64,000 nt of DNA from Candidatus Multivoradales bacterium (GTDB lineage Bacteria; Acidobacteriota; Thermoanaerobaculia; Multivoradales; JAHEKO01). The notes under the pieces are model-generated. The model saw nothing but the letters and a program-made list of their open reading frames with translations. It was not told the origin of the DNA and did not search any database. Positions 59,201-64,000 of this stretch are shown here, one piece after another. The stretch is from contig CBDCVR010000014.1 in the NCBI GenBank assembly GCA_965223155.1, positions 448,001 to 512,000 of the forward strand, read 5' to 3'. The stretch's first letter is position 1, and the number at the start of each line of letters is the position of its first letter. The position numbers were made by a program, and so were the translations under genes.

Positions 59201-59306
59201 GCTCCAGGACACCGAAGGACGCCGGCTCGGCCGGCAGCGAGACCGCCTCGACCAGCTGCGGACCGAAGCCGTCCTCCCGACCCAGAGCTTCCACCAAGGT
59301 CTTCAC
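56223..59306 (-). CDS. DEAD/DEAH helicase with DUF1998 Zn domain fused to an RNase H-like exonuclease (MrfA/YprA-MrfB/YprB-like)
   Basis: LWSHQ, TASGKS, DELH, SAT, YRSG, STSALEMGIDIG, QRSGRVGR, then CDC.SGCPRCIQSPKCGNGN, then FDLET, GFNILRFDY, YCRRDV. Confidence 0.9.
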   Translation of the reverse strand: MKTLVEALGREDGFGPQLVEAVSLPAEPASFGVLEPELPEALSRALADAGVTRLWSHQVAGLVAARSGRDVLITTPTASGKSLVFHLPVLEEALAGGDGRGLFLYPLKALGQDQRVKLEALARAAGLAGDEEPPFCAIYDGDTPERERARIKRKFPRVVISNPDMLHLGILGGHSSWEPFLKRLKWIVLDELHTYRGIFGSHFHHVLERLLRLCRAHGAHPTLVASSATAGNAGEFARRLTGRDFVWVRESGAPRQGRHFLLFRPAASPYTLSLQLLRELLERDLKTIVFTKARRITELLYAWLRQQDPERARRVASYRSGFLPEERRLIERDLAAGKLDGVISTSALEMGIDIGGLDACVLVGYPGSMMATWQRSGRVGRGGRESLTAMVALPDALDHYFLDHPREFLEQPCERLIVDGANEPVSRAHLVCAAAERPLSKAADRAYLERHSPTVGDLLREGRLVEERRGAELASGVGRPHGQVSLRGGGATSAILEAGSGRVLGTVDGVRVFRECHPGAIYLHRGSQYLVRELDLDASKVHAEAVSVDYYTVPLTEKDTTILEVTDERDGPEAGPLQAFMARVQVTERVVGFERRRIFGQDLLDQQELELPPSSYQTAGLVWVAPAEIEDRLRAEEFHFMGALHAAEHATISLMPLLALCDRNDIGGISIPWHPQLRAGGVFVYDGHPGGVGIARRAFDELPELLARVVDLLASCDCESGCPRCIQSPKCGNGNRPLDKAGAARFLEMLLGRVEVAGVSRVTVVPASQLEGGEARTETEKSRQRAERNRRQLQDGPAEAVPSEPVAAGAAAEAVSSTGYRKEPTGRERPRRPAEPAPPAAPAPLAPPRHPARTMIFDLETYRSAREVGGWANAHKMRLAVGAVCHLQEGRIEIFGEDEVEQLVTLLDTADAVVGFNILRFDYAVLAGYTGVEYARKWPTLDLLASLRARHRAAPGLDRLARATLGVAKKGDGLRSLEWAREGRLDRVQEYCRRDVEITRDLYLFGRRMGYVLADGEDGEERLSVDW

Positions 59307-59396
59307 CAGGCAACGATACTCGACCGCGTAGCGCCAGCCCCGGGGCGCGAGCTTCCCGCCCTTCTCCGCCCCGCGGCCGGGCGGTACCATCTGCCG

Positions 59397-60983
59397 GTGC
59401 CGCCCAAGAACGTAGCTCTGGTGCTCTCGCTCGCCATCCTGGCGCTACCTCTGGTGCCCCCCGTCCGGCTGCTCGTGCAAGCCGGCGCAAGGCGGCGGCT
59501 CAGAGTCTTCCCAGCCTTCGTCCGTCGATTGGTTCTCGCGCTGGCCGCCTATGCGGTAGCGATCGCCCTCCTGGTCCGGGCCGGAGCGCCCTGGCTTCAC
59601 CTTGCCGCCGGCGCGGTGGCGATCGCTGTTCTGGTCGAGCGCTGGCAGGCCCGACCCGCCTTCGGCACCGGCCGGGGCCTGCCTCCCGGTTCGCTCGCCT
59701 TCGGCCAGGTCGAGCCCTGGCGCAACCAGGACTACTTTCGCGAGCAAGTCGAGCTCCACGGTCCGATTTTCAAGACCCGGCTGTCGCCAAGACCGATGAT
59801 CGCCGTCTACGGCCTGGACCGGGGCCGCAAGCTCCTGCGGAAACACGACGCCCAGCTGGGTCCGGGCGAGCCGATACCCGTTCACGAGCTCCTCCGGGGC
59901 GGCTTTCTTCGCTACCTGGACCGAGAGCCCCACGGTGAGGTGACCGAGATTCTGCAAGCCGCCTTTCCGCCCGAGTTGCTGGAGGCCCAGCGCTCGGCCA
60001 TCGGCGCGCTCGTGGCCAACGGCTTCGCGCAGCGGTGCGAGGACCCGGCCCGGCCCGGCCTCCTGAGAGCTGCCGAGATCGAAGACCTCATCTTCGCGAT
60101 CGTGTGCCGAACATTCTTCGGGATCGAAGAGAGCTCCGAGATCAGGCATCTACGCCGCTTGTACAGGGCCCTCGACGTACGTCGAGGGCTGCTTACCAGG
60201 ACTTCCGCCACAAGGCGTGCTCTACGGGCCGTGTCCGACATCCTCGACTCCCGGGTCGAGCGGTATAGAGACGCAACCGGCAACACCTTGCCGAGCGCCC
60301 TCGGGAATCTGGCGCGTCAGCCGGGCGCCTGGAGTCCCACGATCGCCGGCAACCTCATCGTCCTGGCAATGACGGGATGGCTCGACGTCGCCGGTTTCAT
60401 GGTCTGGATCCTGAAACAGCTAGCGGACCATCCCGGTGCGGTCGAGCGCATTCGCCGAGAGCTCGAGGACCCGGATCCCGGCGCGGGCCCGCCGCTAAGT
60501 CTGTGCGCGGTCCAGGAAACCGTCCGGCTCGAGCAGAGCGAGTTTCTCAGCCGCACGGTCCTCGAGGAGTTCGAGTTCGAGGGCTTTCGCTTTCCCCGGG
60601 GCTGGCGCTTGCGGATCCTCGAGCACGAGAATCACCGCGACCCGGAGAGCTTCGATCGTCCCGACGAGTTCCTGCCCGAGCGCTTCCGGGACGCCCCTCC
60701 CACACCCAAGACCTTCGCGGCCTTCGGCGTGTACCGGATCCGCTGCCTGGGCGAGCATCTGACGCTGGCCATCGGGCAGTCCTTCGTCGAGGAACTGGTC
60801 CGGAGCTACGACTGGCGGGTCCTGGACGACGGCCCGGTGGAGTTCGGCGGCCTCCACTGGCAGCCCAGCGCACGATTTGCCGTCCGGCTCGAGCCTCGAG
60901 GCGAGTCCAACCCGATCGCGCCGCGCACCGCCGGAGGCCCTCTGGCGGCGGGACCCGACCCAACCCCCGCTCAGTCGACGTAG
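59397..60983 (+). CDS. Cytochrome P450 with N-terminal membrane segments
   Basis: LPPGS, HGPIFK, ETVR (ExxR), FLPERF, heme motif FGVYRIRCLG, with three hydrophobic helices at the N-terminus. Confidence 0.85.
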   Translation: MPPKNVALVLSLAILALPLVPPVRLLVQAGARRRLRVFPAFVRRLVLALAAYAVAIALLVRAGAPWLHLAAGAVAIAVLVERWQARPAFGTGRGLPPGSLAFGQVEPWRNQDYFREQVELHGPIFKTRLSPRPMIAVYGLDRGRKLLRKHDAQLGPGEPIPVHELLRGGFLRYLDREPHGEVTEILQAAFPPELLEAQRSAIGALVANGFAQRCEDPARPGLLRAAEIEDLIFAIVCRTFFGIEESSEIRHLRRLYRALDVRRGLLTRTSATRRALRAVSDILDSRVERYRDATGNTLPSALGNLARQPGAWSPTIAGNLIVLAMTGWLDVAGFMVWILKQLADHPGAVERIRRELEDPDPGAGPPLSLCAVQETVRLEQSEFLSRTVLEEFEFEGFRFPRGWRLRILEHENHRDPESFDRPDEFLPERFRDAPPTPKTFAAFGVYRIRCLGEHLTLAIGQSFVEELVRSYDWRVLDDGPVEFGGLHWQPSARFAVRLEPRGESNPIAPRTAGGPLAAGPDPTPAQST

Positions 60984-62686
60984 CCGAGAGCCCGGAGCTG
61001 TTCGCTGGTGGCGGCGCCGGGCTCGATCGCCTCGGCGGCCGCCACCGGCTCGAACTCGAAGTCCTGGAGCTCGGCCAGCAGCTCGGCAAACTGCTCCGTG
61101 CGCTCGCGGGAGAGGTCCCGTTCCGCCCAGGGATCGGCCTCCAGGTCATAGAGTTCGGCCCGGCCCAGGGGCGCGCCCTGCACCTTGATCGACAAACAGC
61201 GGGTGTCCTCGCCCTTGCCCAGCCACATCGGCACGTCGCAGCCGTCGGTGACGAGCTCGACCGCGTGCGGGCCTGGCCCGCCCAGTTCCAGGGTCGCCTC
61301 CTGCCAGGCCTCCCCCACCAGGACCGTCTCGCGCAGCTGGCCGTCGACCCGGACTTCCACTTCGCGCGGCCGGGCAAAGCTCACCAGGCGGAGCGGCAAC
61401 GACGAACCCTCGGTGTCGAATCGAATCGAGCGCGCGAACCAGCTCCCGCCGGGCTCGTCGATGCGTTGCGCTGTCAGAATCTGATGCAGTCCGGCTTCGT
61501 CGCGAACCACCAGCGAACGCATCTCATGCTGGTCGCGCACCTCGGAGTAGGCCCGGCTCCGGGCAGGCTCCGGTCCCCCGGCCAGGAGTCCGGCGAAGCT
61601 CTCCCCGGATTGGCGCTCGGGACAGGCCAGATCCGCCAGATCGCACAGAGTCGGGAAGAGATCCACCCACTCCACCACCGAGGCCACCCGCCGAGCGACC
61701 CCAGCGCCGGCCGGAGGCACGACCAGGAGCGGCACCCGGATGGTCTCCGGGTACACCTGATGGTGGCCCAGCTTGCCGTGCTCCAGGAACTCCTCGCCAT
61801 GATCCGAGGTGATGATGACCGTTGTCTCCTCGGAGAGACCAAGGCGATCGAGGTCCGCAAAGAAGCCGGCCATGACATCGTCCGCGTAGCGAACGGAGGC
61901 GTCGTAGAGCGACGTAACGTGCTCGCAGGCCGCCGCGCTCAGGATTCGGCGACCCATGAAGACGTCCCGCACGAAGCCACGGGTGGTGCCGCTGTCGGAC
62001 GGCGTCGCGGCCGACCAGAACATCGAATCGTACGGCTGCGGCGGATTGTAGGGATCGTGGACAGCGTAGCTATGGAGGAACAGGAAGAACCGCTCCTCCG
62101 GTTCCAGGCCCTCCAGATAGGCGGATCCCCGTCCCAAGACCTCCTCGATCGACCGCTGACTCGCTTCGAGCGCCGCGAATTGCTCGAAGCCGCGCTCGAA
62201 TCCCGGCTCGCCGACCATGTAACCGCCCTCGGTGATCGCGGCCGTCCGGAAGCCCGCCTGGCGAAAGGCCTCGGGCAGCGTCGTGACTTCATCCGCCAGC
62301 CGCGAGAACGGCGGATAGACGCCATGCTCCCGAGGGTAGAGGCCGGTAAAAAGCGACATATGGGAAACCAGAGTCGACGTGTACTGGACAAAGGCGTTCT
62401 CGAACAACACCGATCGGGATGCCAGGGAGTCCAGGAACGGGCTCGTGTCGCGCCGGTAGCCGTACATCCCCAGGTGCTTGGCTCCCAGGGTGTCGAGCGA
62501 GACGACGACGAATCCGCGGCTGGGCGGCGCCGCCACCGGACCCGGGTCCCTCGCGCAGGCCGCCCACGTCCCCACGATCCCCACGGTCGCGGCAATCCAA
62601 GGCAGGCCGAGCAGCGCCGCCCGGGCGAAGCCGGGCCTAAGCCCGCCTCCGGGCGCTTGCCACGCCCCCGACCTCGCCACGTTCAC
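60971..62686 (-). CDS. Sulfatase-like hydrolase (alkaline phosphatase superfamily, Cys-less)
   Basis: SLDTL, TSPFLD, STLVSHMSLFTGLYP, FLFLHSYAVHDPY, TSDHGEEF..HG, VPLL, ELYDL..DP.E, QLRALGYV. Confidence 0.88.
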   Translation of the reverse strand: MNVARSGAWQAPGGGLRPGFARAALLGLPWIAATVGIVGTWAACARDPGPVAAPPSRGFVVVSLDTLGAKHLGMYGYRRDTSPFLDSLASRSVLFENAFVQYTSTLVSHMSLFTGLYPREHGVYPPFSRLADEVTTLPEAFRQAGFRTAAITEGGYMVGEPGFERGFEQFAALEASQRSIEEVLGRGSAYLEGLEPEERFFLFLHSYAVHDPYNPPQPYDSMFWSAATPSDSGTTRGFVRDVFMGRRILSAAACEHVTSLYDASVRYADDVMAGFFADLDRLGLSEETTVIITSDHGEEFLEHGKLGHHQVYPETIRVPLLVVPPAGAGVARRVASVVEWVDLFPTLCDLADLACPERQSGESFAGLLAGGPEPARSRAYSEVRDQHEMRSLVVRDEAGLHQILTAQRIDEPGGSWFARSIRFDTEGSSLPLRLVSFARPREVEVRVDGQLRETVLVGEAWQEATLELGGPGPHAVELVTDGCDVPMWLGKGEDTRCLSIKVQGAPLGRAELYDLEADPWAERDLSRERTEQFAELLAELQDFEFEPVAAAEAIEPGAATSEQLRALGYVD

Positions 62687-63438
62687 TTCCCGCCGACCGT
62701 CGCGTCGAGATAGGCGCGGATCCTCTCCGCAGCGCTGCCCGATTTCCAGATCGCCTCGACCTCGTTCTCGAAGCGGTCGGCCGTCCGCTCCATGCGGTCG
62801 AGCATGGGCTGCCGGACCTGGCGCTTCGACAGCGCGAAGGTGCCGGCACCGACCCCGGCCATTGAACAGGCGATTGCGAGCGCCCGGTCCTCGACCTGGT
62901 CAAGCGGCACAATCTCGTCGGCCAGGCCTCGGTCTAAGGCATCAGCGCCCTGATACAGCTTGCCCAGCAGCAGGACCTCCTGGAGATGCCGGGACGGCAC
63001 CACTGCGCGCACGATCTCGAGCGGCACCGCCGGAAACGGCACGCCGACGAGAAGCTCGGGAACGCCGATCTTGCCGCTTCCTTCCGCCAGCACCCGGTAG
63101 TCGCAGGCACAGGCCAGGATGCAGCCGCCGGCGATGGCGTGACCGTTCATCGCCGCCACCAGGGGCTTGGGAAACTCTGCCAGCTCGCGCAGGGCGTCCG
63201 ACAGCACCGGCAAGAACTCGGACAAGTACTCGGCACCACCGTCCAGCACGCGGAAAAGATCGACGCCCGCGGAGAAGGCACCGCCGCGGCCGGTCAGAAC
63301 GGCGCCGCGGGCATCGCTCGCCTCGATCTCGGCCAACGTCGACCGCACCGACTCGAGCAACTCCCTGTCGATGGCGTTGACCTTGCCGTGCTCCATCCGC
63401 ACGATGACAATGCCGTCCTTGTCTTCGATTCGCAGCAT
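62683..63438 (-). CDS. Enoyl-CoA hydratase/isomerase (crotonase) family protein
   Basis: KVNAI, FSAGVDL, KPLVAAMNGHAIAGG..LACACDYR, PE..VG. Confidence 0.9.
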   Translation of the reverse strand: MLRIEDKDGIVIVRMEHGKVNAIDRELLESVRSTLAEIEASDARGAVLTGRGGAFSAGVDLFRVLDGGAEYLSEFLPVLSDALRELAEFPKPLVAAMNGHAIAGGCILACACDYRVLAEGSGKIGVPELLVGVPFPAVPLEIVRAVVPSRHLQEVLLLGKLYQGADALDRGLADEIVPLDQVEDRALAIACSMAGVGAGTFALSKRQVRQPMLDRMERTADRFENEVEAIWKSGSAAERIRAYLDATVGGK

Positions 63439-63529
63439 GCGCCAAGAGTATCGAAATGGGCCACGAACGGCTGGCGGGGAAGCTCGGTGAGACCGTGGGG
63501 CCGGACTAAGGCCTGGTGTCCAACCAGCG

Positions 63530-64000
63530 CTAGCCGGACGCCGGCGCACGCTCGGACAGCTCGCCAAACCAGTTGAGGACCACATTCAACCGGGCGGGCT
63601 CTGGCTGAGCGCTCTCGACCATGAGAAAGCGCTCACCGTCCGCCGTCACCGAGTACTGTGCCGGCCCGAAAAGATCGCGCGCGAACGTATTCTTGGTAAA
63701 CAGCGCTTGTGGAGCGCTCAGATCCAGATCCTCACCGAGCGTGATCCGGACCGACATCAAGGTGTCGCCCTGTCGATAGAAGAGCTCGCCGCCGCCCGGG
63801 TTCCAGGCCGGCTCGGTGCCGCCGCCGCTCGAGATCTTCCAGCGATTGCCATCGTCCTCGAGATGGCGGACGTAGATCTCGTCGATTCCGGTCTCGTCCG
63901 AGATGTAGGCAAACCACCCACCATCCGGAGAGAAGACCGGAGCGCGCTCGTTGTACCGGGTCGCGACCAGCTCGGCCGGTTCGGAGCCGAACGACAGCTT
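63530..64000 (-). CDS. C-terminal part of a PD40/TolB-like beta-propeller protein (usually fused to a Ser/Thr kinase; partial)
   Basis: Minus frame reads PVFSPDGGWFAYISDETGIDEIYV..KISSGGGTEPAW..GGELFYR..YSVTADGERFLM..LNVVLNWF. Open to the window edge. Confidence 0.8.
   Translation of the reverse strand, partial: KLSFGSEPAELVATRYNERAPVFSPDGGWFAYISDETGIDEIYVRHLEDDGNRWKISSGGGTEPAWNPGGGELFYRQGDTLMSVRITLGEDLDLSAPQALFTKNTFARDLFGPAQYSVTADGERFLMVESAQPEPARLNVVLNWFGELSERAPASG

Noticed and set aside
57864-59396. 1039-aa ORF suggesting a large P450 fusion
   Set aside because: The N-terminal half is antisense to the helicase. The P450 begins near GTG 59397.
1-64000. Prophage, transposon, defence island or the many antisense ORFs as real genes
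   Set aside because: I saw no integrase, transposase, phage or defence motifs and no obvious compositional shift. The antisense and alternative-frame ORFs lack motifs and are expected at this GC content.

Overview
A GC-rich bacterial chromosomal window, densely coding, with about 50 CDS. I saw no rRNA, tRNA, CRISPR array, integrase or transposase. Gene content suggests Acidobacteriota, probably Thermoanaerobaculia-like (inference): a carboxypeptidase-regulatory-type TonB-dependent receptor, a GWxTD+VWA protein, FHA-GAF-SpoIIE, a PD40 propeller C-terminus and a Cys-less sulfatase. Recognisable housekeeping genes are TPP riboswitch + thiC, hup, sppA, gcvP, rocD, fabI and an FKBP PPIase. Five observations stand out. 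(1) An imuA-imuB-dnaE2 mutasome cassette has a PAS-PAS-GGDEF-EAL gene inserted 18 nt after imuB. (2) A shared promoter motif (CTCTTGATTTACGC-N6-TTCGC-x-TAnnnT) precedes both imuA and dnaE2 and is a candidate DNA-damage operator. (3) A GGDEF/EAL, FHA-EAL, membrane Ser/Thr kinase and LysM-FecR cluster could link phosphorylation to c-di-GMP. (4) Matching ECF-type promoters precede a pair of uncharacterised paralogues and a DUF4097 gene. (5) Other signals are a structured ~70-bp tandem duplication, a long structured hup leader, pervasive leaderless promoter architecture and a doubly frameshifted DUF3014 gene. All family assignments are by eye from motifs; no database searches were run.
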